This document shows positions 1-17,261 of a stretch of DNA of 64,000 nt, piece after piece (the first letter of the stretch is position 1; the number at the start of each line of letters is the position of its first letter). Origin of the DNA: the human T2T-CHM13v2.0 reference genome, Homo sapiens. The DNA lies in NCBI RefSeq assembly GCF_009914755.1, contig NC_060927.1; one strand, written 5' to 3'. The notes beneath the pieces are model-generated. The model was not told where the DNA came from and searched no databases. It worked only from the letters and a program-made list of their open reading frames with translations. A program made the translations under genes and the position numbers.

Positions 1-2587
<2,587 letters not shown>

Positions 2588-2680
2588 TATAAAATAATTT
2601 TAACAAGATATTGCATGAAATTTTTAAACCACAGTTTTAAAGTATCTTCACAGCATTCCCCCAAAACATCAAAATATAAA

Positions 2681-2711
2681 TGTGTGAGTGCACACAGACA
2701 CACACACACAC
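2681..2711. repeat. short (TG)/(CA) microsatellite
   Basis: tgtgtgagtgcacacagacacacacacacac. Confidence 0.7.
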
Positions 2712-5086
2712 TTTTATTCAATTAGAATAAAGTGGCAATATTTTTGGCTTATTTAATTCATATAAGTGATGATTTTATTATCAGAAATAATAACAGATAT
2801 TTCTCAAGGAGTATTTTTCATTCTTGAAGTTTCTTTAAGGTAACAATTCATTTTGATATACACTACTCTAAGAGCTAGTTAGTATTATTATCTAGATTTC
2901 ACAGATGAGAATAATAAAAGAAAATAGAGGTTAAAGAATTTGATTTATTGAGTTCTGGACACAAAATACCATATAAGATAATAAATAAATTTTGATTGAA
3001 AAAAGACAAAACCTGTCCAAAACAACCTTTACTAATTGGTAAGAATTATTTTAAAATAGTGGATATTAGTAAAAAAAAAAAGTTACGGAAAACTGTTGAA
3101 AGGGCATGACTTTTTTCCTGACTGAAAGATGCCAGTGGATAGTATTTATTTCCTTGTATTCACCTCCCTCTTAGCATTTTACCAATTCTGAATTCCTCCT
3201 TATTTTCTTCCTTTTCTCTTGTGATTGAAAAGTTTTAAATGACTGCTGAAGAGTCCATCTGCATTCTATGAGAAGATTCCAAATACAGAATTTTAAACAA
3301 CCCCCTTGCTGCTTAAGAGAAATATAGCACAATGTACTCATGTGGAAACAAAAAAGGGATCACTTATTTACTTTTCTGTAATTATACAGAAAATTATAGT
3401 CTTCTAATCTTTTCATTATTAATTAAATGTATAAAACATGTTTCAAACTTAGAGCAATAAAGCCCCGTGTTATCTCATTTTGCATTCCTCTGAGACTTCT
3501 CCCCTCTATTGTCCTGTGGAAATTCCCTCTGTTCTTCGTCATTTTCCCACAGTGGCCTTATCTACTTATGCTACACATTTGTTTCTCCTAATCCTCTTCA
3601 TATACCCATTATTTTTCATATTATTAGCCTTGTTTCTTTTGATAAAAGCCTTAAAAGCCACTACCTCTTGCTGCCTGTGTTGCCAACTTTTCATGTCCCT
3701 GTCATGGTAACACCTTAAATCTCTGACAGCAAATGACAAAATCTCCCGAACTGTACTGTAGACCAAATTCAACTAAATTTAATAAAGAGTTGGGTAACTC
3801 TGAATAAAACAATTGGTGCTTGTGGGATAAATGGTGTTGATGGAGTCTGAATCCAAGATATTAGTTATCTCAAAATATAGTTTTAGCTTTGCATATTATG
3901 TTCACAAGTTAGTTCCTTCTTTATATTTTACCAATAATTTTAGTGACTGCCTACAGGTGAGTCAGGAATAGGCTTGAGTAAGCTATCCTGAAAGTTTAAG
4001 TATTTTCCACAGTTATATAGCCACTGATGGAGCTTGGATATAAAATAGAAAAGGTTAGAATTTTAAAAGCATTTAAAAGTATAGCTAGTCCTTGTTCTCT
4101 ACCAATTACCTGCACACTTTTGACTTCTTGCTTCTGATCTTGATATACTTATCTGCAGACAAAGGTCTCATTCCCTTCTCTATTTTCTATTTCTTTGGCA
4201 TTTTAAAAGATTCTCCCTCCTTTGTAATTAATAGTAAATATTGAAGGATTTTTCTTTTTGGAAAAGAGATCATGGCAAATTTGTATAACTTAGTTACAAG
4301 CCACAATACAATCTTTTAAAATGTTTTCTAAGTCTTGGTGGGAAAATTGGGTTTTCTTTTCTTAACCTTTAAAAATGGTTTGAATGTAAAAGGACAAAGT
4401 GATTCTTAAACAGAGTCACAGTAACATCTGCCAAAACTAAAAATACCTCATTGATTTAACAAGCCAAATTTGTAGCCATGATAAAGCCATAATGTTGTTG
4501 TGAATGCCCTGTAATGGGTTATGTGGGTAAAGTAATGTGTTTGTAGAATTGCATGGTTACTCAAAGAGACACTGATAAGCTATATTTTGCTCTTTTGTTC
4601 CAGATCCAGGAAGGAAACATTTATTCATCTGATTTGATCCAAAATATTGTCTTAATGACATTTGGAAGGACTTAATGCCATTTTTCTGGGTTTCAGCTCC
4701 ACTATTCAGCCATACTTCATTCTATATGATTAGGCTGGGCCTTTGTAGACATAGCCATAGTACCCAATGCGTCAAGTTCATAATCAAAAGGCAAACCGAA
4801 AAGAAGTTGAATTTTGCCAAGTACTCCTTTCCAAATAATTGTGACTACAACTCTCTCTCTGTTCCCTGCTGGAACCTATTCTGTGATGCAGTTACTTGGT
4901 TGGGAGTCTCAGACTTGACTTACCCTAGGATCTGTAATAACTGCTTTCATTTCCCAAATTCCTGCTATCATTCAGAGGTCACTGGATACTACATAAAGTA
5001 ACAAAGGTATAAGAACGTAGGATTCAGTGGTGGCTAAGGAAATCAGAGAGGGCCATAAATAGAGCACTGGGTAAATATTGGGGCAG

Positions 5087-5539
5087 TGTTATGCGTTAAA
5101 ATATGTCCCTCCAAATTTAGTACTCAGAAGCCCTAATTTCCAGTACCTCAGATGTGAACTTATTTGGGAAAAGGGGCAGCATTGTAGATGTGATTAGTTA
5201 AATAAAGATGAGGTCATTAGGATGAACTCTAATCCAGTATAACTGATGTCCTTATAAAAAGGGGAAATTTGGACAGATTCACTTCATGTGAAGATGAAGG
5301 CAGTGATCAAGGTGATGCTTCTAAAATCCCAGGAACAGCAAAGATTGCTAGAAACCCACCAGAAATTAGGAGAGAGGAATAGAACAAATTCTTCTTCACA
5401 ATTTTCAGCGGAAACTAACCCTGCTGACACCAAGATCTGACTTTTAACATCCAGAACTGGAAAACAATACATTTCTGTTGTTTAAACCATTCAATTTGTT
5501 GTGCTTTTATTTTTAGAGCAGCCCTTACAGAAAAATATA
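5087..5539 (+). mobile_element. ERVL-MaLR solo LTR (MLT1C-like)
   Basis: Begins tgttatgcgttaaaatatgtccctcc and contains the MLT1 motifs gatgaggtcat, gtccttataaaa and ccctgctgacacc. Perfect 5-bp TSD GGCAG at 5082-5086 and 5540-5544. Confidence 0.88.
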
Positions 5540-6069
5540 GGCAGTCAGCCTGGGAAAAGAGCAGAAGCTGATAATTATAGACAACTGGTACAAGTACAGT
5601 ATTCAGAGGAGAAAGACAGCCAGGTATAGGCCAAGCAAATACCAAGTGCCATGGCAGAGACCCAGCCAGGATGACTGGTCTTTCTTAATTGTGGCAGGGA
5701 AAGGTTAGATTCTCATCACCTAGAAACTAAGAAGTTCATTAAGTGGGAGAAATCAAGGAGTTCTTAAGGTGGGAGAAAAGGCTCAGGTATTGGAAAGTAT
5801 ACGTTATGTGGAGACGTAACGAGAGGAGAAGAGAAAATCAGCTGGTTCCCGTGAAAGTAGAGGCTGAGAGGGCAGCAAAGTATGGCCCAGACTCTAGGGT
5901 CTCAAATCCATCACAGAGTTTTATTTTATTAAGTCAGCAATGGGGGCCATTGGAACAAATCAGTAGGGATTTAAATTCTAATAAAGAAGTATTTAAGGTT
6001 TCTCTGGCAGTTACATACAAAGCCCATAAAGTTTGGAGAGACTGGGGACAAAAACCGTGTGACCTCGAG

Positions 6070-6190
6070 CTCATTACTTAACTCTAGCTGCTTCACCTGC
6101 AAAATGGAATTGAGCATATAATCATCTCACTAGATTTTTGTCAGACTTAAATGAGATAGTTCACGTACAGTACCTGAGGTCATAGGCTGA
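6070..6190 (+). mobile_element. MIR fragment
   Basis: cttcacctgcaaaatgg...ttaaatgagatagt resembles the MIR core. Confidence 0.5.
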
Positions 6191-6856
6191 ATCAGATACG
6201 TACATGACTATACTTTGCCTATTTCTTCAAATTAAATGTAGACATTATTAGCACTTCTTCTTGCTCTTTCCTGACTGTAAGATCCTTCAAAGTAGTTCCT
6301 GGAACTCAAGTTTTAATGTATTCCAAGCAACACTTACCCAAGTATTATGAACAGTGAAGACACAGATATCCGAGGTATAGGAAAATTATTACCAAACAGA
6401 AGATGGCGGGTGCATTCGGATTTCCCTTTGCCCATTTCTGTTATCCTCGTAATCTAAATCTGAGTTCAAGGCTGAACGCATTGCAAGAGAGTCAAAACAT
6501 GCTTGTAAATTTGGGCCTGATTTGCTTTAATGAGGTCTTGCTTTCCTCAATTTCTAGGGGAAAATAAAGCACTTAATAACATGATTCAGAGGGCAGATAA
6601 CATCTCTTTAATATCTCTCCACATGCTGACCTATTTCAATACAGTGCACTTCTCAGGGATGAGAAGCTATGCAAAGCCTGAGAGGCAGCCTCCTCCTGGG
6701 AATGTTTCAGCTTTTCAAGATTCTAGGTCATTTCTCTCCCTGATATTTGGAGCTCATTCCCACTGGGAAACCAATCTGTTCACACAGACTTTATTTTTCC
6801 AACCAATTATTGTTTAACCACAGTCTAATAGAAATCACATATAAAAATAAAGCCTT

Positions 6857-7194
<338 letters not shown>

Positions 7195-9559
7195 TCACTG
7201 AGAAGACAGAATAAAGGGCATTCATTTAAGGTAATTTGATTAAGATGAAGAATTATCCACGGATAGAGTTTCTGGAGACAAGGAACTCTTTCTCTCAATT
7301 AATTTGTCCTGCAGGCATTTCAAGTCATAATCTTAAGCACGTCTTCATGGCTCTCAATCTTGCCATGCTTCTGCAACAAATGCATACATTTCCTAGAATG
7401 AGGGACTATGTTCTTCAGGATGTGGTCTTGATTAAAACCACTATCCAGGAGGTCTCTGCACAATTTCAAAATGTTGGAAAAATAAAGCAGCTTCAGAATA
7501 TGGCCTCAAGACTACACTTACAGTCTCTTCCTCCACTTAGTTTTATTTCCCCCACTTACTTTTTACTTGGAGTGTGTGAATGTGTCCTGTGTCTTTGTAT
7601 GCAGGTGTCCTCATATTCAGGTGTGTACGTGTTTGGTATGTATACAAGATGTGAATTCATCTATGTTTATAAATAATATTTTTGGATCTTTCCAGACAAC
7701 ATTTCCTGCTTTTTTCCTAAAACCCGATGTGGCAAAAGGCCAATACTGAGAGATGTCAGTTTCTGGAATTTTCGTACATTTTAAATATATACCTTCTCAC
7801 TTCTTGTTGCCCCATCACACAGAGATATCAAAGGGATCAATTTTAAAATTGAGATTAGTGATAACTCTACTTCTGACATTTTAAAAACACTTCAAACAAT
7901 TATTAGCATTCTGTCCATAATGTTTTTGGAGGATGAATTCTTTTAAAACAAGAGAGATTTTGACTTTAGTGTAGTTTACAAAACATAATCAGATGTGCAA
8001 ATGCACAAAAATATGAAAGCCACTTTCCAACCGGACAGTAGTTGCTGTGATCTGTGTATTTTCAGTGCCACACAGAGTGTTGGAAAAATAGTGAAGGTAC
8101 AATCAATGTTCAAATGAATTCAAAGCTTTACAAATAAGCTTGCAGATTTTTCCATTAGAATAGAAAAACTAACTGCCTGAAAAATCAAATGGCTAAAGGA
8201 AGAAGGAAAATGGCAGTTGCATCAAGCTGGAGAACATGTTGCTTCACAGGACCCTGTATTGCTTATATCCACAAAGAGATCTTGACAAGAAAGAAATTGC
8301 CTGGAGGTGGATGAATGCTAAAGCATACCCACTGTAGTAGGGCTCTCAAGGGGCAAAAGGGGACTGTTAGAGCACTTTTACATTTAAGTGACATCAAGGG
8401 ACTCTGGACAAGAAATGTCTTACAAACAAAGAGTGAAAAACATTTTGAAAAGTAAGGAAAAATGACATGTGTTTGGAAGATATTCTATAGTAGCAAGAGA
8501 GGGTATAGAAGACCTATCCAGCATATCTAGGGTCCAAAACTTGCTTAACACATCTGGGTTCTAGAATGATATCTTTCCTGGTCTATTGGCTACTTGAAGG
8601 AGAACAAAAACTGAATTTAAAATTACAGGCCACAGTCTAAATTAAGGATTTTCCACAGTGTTACCCTGACTTCCCAGCCCCCACCATTTCCAACTATTTC
8701 TGGTGACTTCTCTAATTATCCTAAGAAGACAAGAAGAGAAAGGAAGAAAAGTAAGGTTAAATATAGTTGTAAAAACTAGTTTTTAAGTACGAGAAACTAG
8801 ACACTATACTCATTTTAGTAAAGTATTTGCATTGTGTGTTTTTTATTTTATTCGTCACATTACACATGTCTTAAACACCACAGGTAATTGTACAATTACA
8901 GTATTTGAGGAACAAAGTTTATCTTCAACCCCAGTTTATTTAGTCAGAAAGTTGTGTGTGCATTTGTGTTTATGCCTTTTCTTTTTCCCAAATACATTGG
9001 AGAGGGGGTCAGGAAGATAAGAAAACTTTTAATTGGTGCATTCAGCCAAGCAGTTCAGCAACAGAACTTTAATTTTTATTTTAATAATGTGATTTTAATT
9101 GAATACTTTGCTGGTGCAGCACTAAATTTGGTCTGTTATTTAAAATTAGACCAAGAAGGATTACCCCCCCTCTACAACTAATGCCACCCACACTGCCAAA
9201 TAATGTGTTTTGCATATGGGAAGAGGCAGAATTTAAATTACTATTCCTTGAGGGATTCTTTAGCAAATGATACCAGTCAACGTATCAATAGAATAGCAAG
9301 TTAGTGTTTTAGAATAAACAAACATACAATTGAAATAGTTTCTCTTCAATACACTGTGGCAGAGATCTCTCACTGCCCACTGCACCCTGTTATGCTTTCT
9401 CCTCCAGAAGTAGGTTTCCGGCTCAACACCTCCCCTTATAACTAATGAAGTGTGTCTGTATGACTATGTCTTGACAATGGGTATGAGCCTATATGAGTGT
9501 ATAGCTCCCAGACCAAAGCTATTCTAAAGGGTGGTATATATCCTCCATAATTGCTTTTA

Positions 9560-9760
9560 ATTCTTTCTCTGGCTGGAGATTATTATCAAATGGCTCTATA
9601 ACATGATGGAACAAGATAGAAGAAACTGGCATCCCTTAATGAACACTTGGGGTAGAATTTTTCTGCTGATCTGAGTGCCTACTCAGGCATGGATAAATGG
9701 CTATAATATTAAACTACTGAAAACTGGATGTCTGCTATTGCAGTGTAACATGCCCTCTCT
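9560..9760 (+). mobile_element. old MLT1-type LTR fragment
   Basis: Degenerate MLT1 3' motifs (gatggaacaagatagaagaaactgg...ttaaactactga...tgtctgctattgcag). Confidence 0.35.
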
Positions 9761-10264
9761 ATTACATACCTTCTCAAAAGGATTATCTTTCTTAATAAGC
9801 GTAGAAAGTAAAAAATTTCCATTGATGGCTTGTCTATTTCTTCCAGTATTTCCAAGAAGGGCCATATTTAATATAGAAAATGTGTAGTAGCAGTCAAATA
9901 TTGTGGTAGTGATCGGAAGTCCCAGGACTTCGGGAATCAGAATCTTCTCATACTCATAACCACTTTTTTAAAGTGCCAAATATTTTGACTGAAAAAAGAA
10001 AAAGCTAAAGAAAGCAGAATGTAATGCACTTCAGTAAATGTCAAAATAATGAATGAATGAGTAAGTAAGGGAGTAGATGGATGCATGACAAAAGAAGTAG
10101 GAAGACAGTCCAGGATCTAGATGAGGATATAAGAGTGTCAACTCTTTTCTCAACCTGGAAGTACAAAGGATTCAATAGTGGTCCATCTTTCCATGGAATA
10201 ATCAAGAAGAGTATGGAACATAACATCATGCAGACAAAAATTGGCATAATTAAATAGGCATAAC

Positions 10265-10495
10265 ATGTCATGCACTGTGCTACATCTTTTCACATACAAA
10301 CTTGGATTTTCATAGATGTGGTTTCATAAAAACCCTGCAAGGGAAAAACTATGCTGTCAACTTTTCACAGTTAAGAGGCTGCTGAGACTCAGTTTCAATA
10401 TCACTGGGTTGTATTGCAAGCATGTGGCTGAGCCAGAATTAGATTTAAGTCTTTCTTATTTTAGGGCCTATGTTGTCCAAAGTATACTACTTATT
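10265..10495 (-). mobile_element. MIR fragment
   Basis: aaccctgcaaggg...ttttcacagttaagaggctgctgagactcag...ggctgagccagaatt matches the antisense MIR core. Confidence 0.55.
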
Positions 10496-11119
10496 CCTGG
10501 GAACTTAGAAGGCAATTCTCTAAGCTTTATTTTGTCAACTATAACATAAAAACACTAACAAAGTTAACATAATAATATATGTTCGTATGTTTTATTAAAA
10601 TTCAAAGTGATTATTGTTGATGATACACTGAGTAAATTTTACTATAATTTAGAAACATCAGATCTCCTATGTTTCGTATGAGAATATTTTGAATAAGACA
10701 ATATTCTTTGGATTTCAGGAGACATAGAGGGAGTAGAAAATAGGAAGAAACATATAAATCCGCACTCCAGGCACCCTGGTCTTGCTGGGCTTCCAGGATT
10801 TAATTGCTGTACTGCTCCCAAGTCCCGTTCTCACACACATGAATCCTCACTTCAAGTTCTAGACTTTCTATGTCTTTCAACTTCATCTTTTTATCAGTCT
10901 ATCCTTTCTGATTTGTTGTGGTTATGTATGAAGTGGAGGTAAAATCAGCTAATTTAACAAATCAGACCACACTAAGTGGGTGATGTTGTTTTCCTGTTAA
11001 ATGCCTTTCTGGCTACAGTCAGTACCTCAATCCTAAAATTACTGTGAAGAGGATATTTTAGGTAGTACCGAAGGGCTGTGAGGAGCATGCTTTTGGAGTA
11101 TGATGCTGGCTGTGATTAA

Positions 11120-11370
11120 TAAGTATAGTTATGAGGTATTGAGCATACAGCAGCTACCAGGCCCTGTACTCAGTGTTTCACAATGACAGTCTCATTAAAT
11201 GTAACCAATAAACCAGTGGGTTGGTGCTATTAAGGAAGGAACTGAATAGGTCAGCTAACTTGACAGAGGTACAGATTTGGTTGAAAATTCACTGTTGCTC
11301 TTTCTAAGATATGCAGCCAACATATGTGTCTGTCCTCCAAAACTGTGCTTTTAACAACCATCCACTATTG
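11120..11370 (-). mobile_element. MIR fragment
   Basis: tattgagcatac...ccaggccctgtactcagtgtttcac...tctcattaaat...gcttttaacaacca. Confidence 0.55.
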
Positions 11371-12109
11371 TATATTCTTTGGGTAAGCTATCTAAGATTT
11401 ATTTTGTAGGCAATGGAACAAAAAAAATAGGACTTTAAAACACATTGAACATAAAGAAACATTAGTTATGAGCAAGAAAAGGGACGAGGGGACTTGGCTA
11501 CAAAATCTTGAATCCAATTAATGAACCATGAATAGTACTAAAAAGTTGGTGTTAAAATATCTGCATGGTAAGAACTTCTGTGAAATTCAATGTGATGTCC
11601 AAAAGGACTACAAGAGAAAATATTTGTGTTGATTTCTTAATATTACTAAATAGTCACCAAATCTTCAAAATACAGGTGCCAAAATGTAAGAGCAATACTG
11701 TATTCTGAAAGACTGCCACCTTGAGGTCACTTATTATTAAACAGAAAGAGATACCATTGGCCTGTACCTCCTGAAAGAAGGAAGATAGCTGCTGGAGTCA
11801 GGATGCTAAGGTTAAAGAACAATACTTTTCACGCATCTGCATGTGCTTACTATTTGAAGCAGGGAGCATGTGAGTCAATATTTGAAAATAAAAACAAACC
11901 AAACACTCTGTACCTTTTTATGTCATTTGCATAAAAGGTGTGTTGGCACCTTATGTCCTGTTAACATAGGTATGGAATGGAAATGTAATATTGAGATAAT
12001 AATATAATATTTTATAGAAAATGAAAGTGACCCTTGAAAGAACAGAACAAAGGACTATCAACTTCTGGGTTAGAAATGACAAATCAAAAATAAAACTTGT
12101 CATATTTCT

Positions 12110-14510
12110 TATTTTTTAATTAATTAATTTATTTATTTACTTTAAGTTCTGGGATACATGTGCAGAACCTGCAGGTTTGTTATATAGGTATACATGTGCC
12201 ATGGTGGTTTGCTGCACCTATCAACCAGTCACCTAGGTTTTAAGCCCTGCATGCACTACATATTTGTCCTGATGCCCACCCTGCTCTCGCCCCCAACCCC
12301 CACCAACAAGCCCCGTGTGTGTTTTCTCCTCCCTGTCTCCATGTGTTATCATTGTTCAGCTCTCACTTATGAAGTGAGAACATGCGGTGTTTGGTTTTCT
12401 GTTCCTATGTTAGTTTGCTGAGGATGATGGCTTCCAGCTTTCATCTATGTCCCTGCAAAGGACGTGATCTCATTCCTTTTTGTGGCTGCATAGTATTCCA
12501 TGGTGTGTATGTATCATATTTTCTTTATCCAGTCTATCATTGATGGGCATTTGGGTTGGTTCCACATCTTTGCTATTGTGAATAGTGCTGCAATAAACAT
12601 ACATGTGCATGTATCTTTATAATAGAATAATTTATATTCCTTCGGGTATATACCCAGTAATGGGATTGCTGGGTCAAATGGTATTTCTGGTTCTGGATCC
12701 TGGAGGAATCACCACACTGTCTTCCACAATGGTTGAACTAATTTACATTCACACCAACAATGTAAAAGCCTTCTTATTTCTCCACAATCTTGCCAGCATC
12801 TGCTGTTTCTTGACTTTTAAGAATCATCATTCTGTCTCCCTCTCCCCCTCCCCCTCCCCCTCCCTCTCCCTCTCCATCTGCACAGTCTCCCTCTGATGCC
12901 CAGCCTAGGCTGGACTGTACTGCGGCCATCTCGGCTCACTGCAACCTCCCTGCCTGATTCTCCTGCCTCAGCCTGCCGAGTGCCTGGGATTGCAGGCGCG
13001 CACCGCCACGCCTGACTGGTTTTCGTATTTTTTGGTGGAGACGGGGTTTTGCCGTGTTGGCGGGGCTGGTCTCCAGCTCCTGACCGCGAGTGATCTGCCA
13101 GCCTTGGCCTCCCGAGGTGCCGGGATTGCAGACGGAGTCTCGCTCACTCAGTGCTCAATGTTGCCCAGACTGGAGTGCAGTGGCGTGATCTCAGCTCGCT
13201 ACAACCTCCACCTCCCAGCCGCCTGCCTTGGCCTCCCAAAGTGCCGAGATTGCAGCCTCTGCCCTGCCGCCACCCCGTCTAGGAAGTGAGGAGCGTCTCT
13301 GCCTGGCCGCCCATCGTCTGGGATGTGGGGAGCCCCTCTGCCTGGCCGCCCAGTCTGGGAAGTGAGGAGCGCCTCTTCCCGGCCGTCATCCCGTCTAGGA
13401 AGTGAGGAGCGTCTCTGCCCGGCCGCCCATCGTCTGGGATGTGGGGAGCGCCTCTGCCCGGCCGGGACCCTGTCTGGGAACTGAGGAGTGTCTCTGCCCC
13501 GCCGCTACCCCGTCTGGGAGGTGAGGAGCGTCTCTGACCAGCCGCCCCGTCTGAGAAGTGAGGAGCCCCTCCGCCCGGCAGCCGCCCCGTCTGGGAGGTG
13601 GGGGGCGCCTCTGCCCCACCACCCTGTCTGGGAAGTGAGGAGCCCCTCTGCCCGGCTGCCACCCCATCTGGGAGGTGTACCCAACAGTTCATTGAGAACG
13701 GGCCATGATGATGATGGCGGTTTTGTCGAATAGAAAAGGGGGAAATGTGGGGAAAAGAAAGAGAGATCAGATTGCTACTGTGTCTGTGTAGAAAGAAGTA
13801 GACATAGGAGACTCCATTTTGTTCTGTACTAAGAAAAATTCTTCTGCCTTGGGATGCTGTTAATCTATAACCTTACCCCCAACCCCGTACTCTCTGAAAC
13901 ATGTGCTGTGTCCACTAAGGGTTAAATGGATTAAGGGCGGTGCAACATGTGCTTTGTTAAACAGATGCTTGAAGGCAGCATACTCCTTAAGAGTCATCAC
14001 CACTCCCTAATCTCAAGTACCCAGGGACACAAACACTGCGGAAGGCGGCAGGGTCCTCTGCCTAGGAAAACCAGAGACCTTTGTTCACATGTTTATCTGC
14101 TGACCTTCCCTCCACTATTGTCCTATGACCCTGCCAAATCCCCCTCTCCGAGAAACACCCAAGAATGATTAATAAATACTAAACAAATTTAAAAAAAAAT
14201 AAAAATAAAAAAATAAAATGAAAGCTTAAATGAAAAAAAATAAAAAAAATAATAAAAAAGAATCATCATTCTGACTGGCGTGAGATGGTATCTCACTGTG
14301 GTTTTGATTTGCATTTCTCTAATGATCAGTGATGATTAGCTTTTTTTTCATATGTTTATTGACTGCATAAATGTCTTCTTTTGAGAAGTGTCCATATCCT
14401 TTGCCCACTTCTCCATGGGGTTGTTTTTTTCTTGTAAATTTGTTTAAGTTCCTTGTAATTTCTGCATATTAGACCTTTGTCAGGTGGGTAGACTGCAAAA
14501 ATTTTCTTCC
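12110..14510 (-). mobile_element. L1 3' arm (L1PA8-like), interrupted by an SVA at 12835-14257
   Basis: T-rich tail at 12110-12140, then the antisense 3'UTR (ctaggttttaagccctgcatgc) and ORF2 C-terminus. The sequence resumes colinearly after the SVA. Confidence 0.93.
12835..14257 (+). mobile_element. SVA retrotransposon, near full length, older subfamily (SVA_B/C-like)
   Basis: (CCCTCT)n-like head at 12835-12875, Alu-like region to ~13255, GC-rich VNTR ~13258-13680, SINE-R ~13680-14180 with aataaa, then an A-rich tail. Perfect 16-bp TSD aagaatcatcattctg at 12819-12834 and 14258-14273. gcctgggattgcagg, tcaatgttgccc and aagaaagagagatcagattg are variants older than SVA_D. Confidence 0.97.
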
Positions 14511-15277
<767 letters not shown>

Positions 15278-16683
15278 TTAAACATTTTCAGGAATAACAA
15301 AGCCATTTTATGGGTTCAATTACATATTATGGAATTTTCTCTCTCCCTCTGCAAAAGTAGCCAATAATTACTTTAACATACAAGCCATGTTAAAGTCTGA
15401 ATGTTTATTCCACGAATCTCCTTTTCATGACCTTTCTCTTCTTTTCATAAAAACATTTGACTTTCACTATTTCTCTAGGACTTAGAGTCTGGGTTTAAAA
15501 TAATTTTGATATTGTACGCCTATAGTGATAGGATGCTGTTTCATCATACCACTGGAGATAATTAAGGATAGATTCGGCAAAGAGAACCAGGAGAAGCAAT
15601 CTAGTAATCTAAGCCAAGAAACACCTAATAACTGGACAAAAATAATGTTAATCATTTCTGCTTTGCAAATACACAAGGCTATAGACACTGTTCTGATAGA
15701 ACACAAGGGCATGGTGGCCAGAAAAAACAGTGATGCAAATATATAGTAATCCCTCCAATTAGGTATAAGCACCTTGAAGGCAGGCACCACATACTAGTTC
15801 TGTATCTTTCCTTTAGTATTCAGTTCTTAGGAGTCAATAGGTCAAATTCATGTATTAAGTAGAAACTTAGTAATGGAGAGGGTGCAAGAAATATAGAAAG
15901 ATGATGTGAGGGGGCCTTGCCCCAAGAAAGGCAGTTAATCCACCAGGAAGTTCATAGGGCTTTTATGGACAAAGGGCCACCCCAGAGAGCAGGACCAGTC
16001 CCATCAGCAGGTTAGTATGCATTTTGGAAGGTAAATCAGATGGGAGAAAAGCACAACGAGATAGGAAATTAGGTCGAGTTTCCAAGTATAGAGAAACACA
16101 GGGGAGCAGATATTTTGGTGTTCGCGAAATAAAGATCAAAAAGGTCAAGGCCAGGCAAACAGCACAAACTTCAACCTAACCTGGAATGAAAAGAATGACT
16201 CTGGGATCTCTGCCTCTAAATAAAAATACAAAATAGGTTATGAGGGAGCCTGAAGATCAAAATATTTATTAAACCAATGAGGCTTTGGGTAGGTGTTTGA
16301 GTGTTTCAGTTCAGTGTGTATTCCTCTACACGGGATTATCTTATATTTGAGGTGAGGGAAATTAGCAGCTTCCTGAACCAAGCCAAGGTAAGACCAATTT
16401 TAGCTAACGAGTCAGTTCTGAAATCTTTGCTTTTTAAAATCCACTCACTGCTCTTATATTTTGTTTTTATTTAAAATTAAAATATCAGTAAACTTTAATC
16501 TTATTTTAGTTAAATGCAAGGAAAACTTTATTTTTCCACACACTGTTTAGGATATGTAGGGGGATCAATGAGCCCCTGAAGCCAGATATGGTAGCATGAA
16601 TGGGAAGAAAGGGACATTGAATCAGGGCAGAGAGTGCCTATAATCAAGGAAGGAAGGTTTCTAAACATTTCTAAAACCTCCTG

Positions 16684-17083
16684 TGATACAATTTGGATGT
16701 CCCCTCCAAGTCTCATGTTGAGATGTAATTCCTAGTGTTGGAGGTGGGGCCTGGTGGGAGGTGTGTGGGTCATGGGGGCAGATCCTTCATGGCTTGGTAC
16801 TGTCCTCACCAGAGTGAGTGAGTTTTCACATTATCTCGTTGTTTAAAAGTATGTGGCACCTCCTCCCTGCTCCCCTCCCTTGCTTCTGTTTTGCCACGAT
16901 ACATGCCTGCTCTTGCTTTACCATAGGCCATGAGAAAAAGCTTCCTAAGACCTCCTCAGAAGCAGATGCCAGTGCCATGCTTTCCATATGGCCTACAAAA
17001 CTGTGAGCCAATCAAACTTATTTAATTATAAATTACCCAGTCTTGGGTATTTCTTTATAGCAATGCAGGAACGGCCTAACACA
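16684..17083 (+). mobile_element. ERVL-MaLR solo LTR (MSTB-like)
   Basis: tgatacaatttggatgtccc...ggaggtggggcctggtgggagg...ttctttatagcaatgc...cctaacaca. Confidence 0.9.
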
Positions 17084-17261
17084 TACCAAAAACAAGTAGG
17101 AGTCACCCAAAAGCAGGGGAAAGAGTCAAGTGCAGAAGGAAGCCATCACCTAGAGCAAGATCCCAGGAAAAAAAGTCTATCTTAATTTCTCTGCAATTAA
17201 AACCTGGGCACTCTGGACCAACATTATTTCATGTGTTACGCATTAAAATATGCTGCAAATG

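Noticed and set aside
3518-3527. NF-kB consensus GGAAATTCCC, plus scattered AP-1 sites across the window
   Set aside because: Isolated short motifs are expected by chance in 64 kb.
7236-7676. 146-aa plus-strand ORF
   Set aside because: Non-ATG start, no domain, and the 3' part runs through TG-rich low-complexity sequence.
12990-13733. ORFs of 81-137 aa in a GC-rich region resembling a CpG-island gene
   Set aside because: They are SVA Alu-like and VNTR frames.
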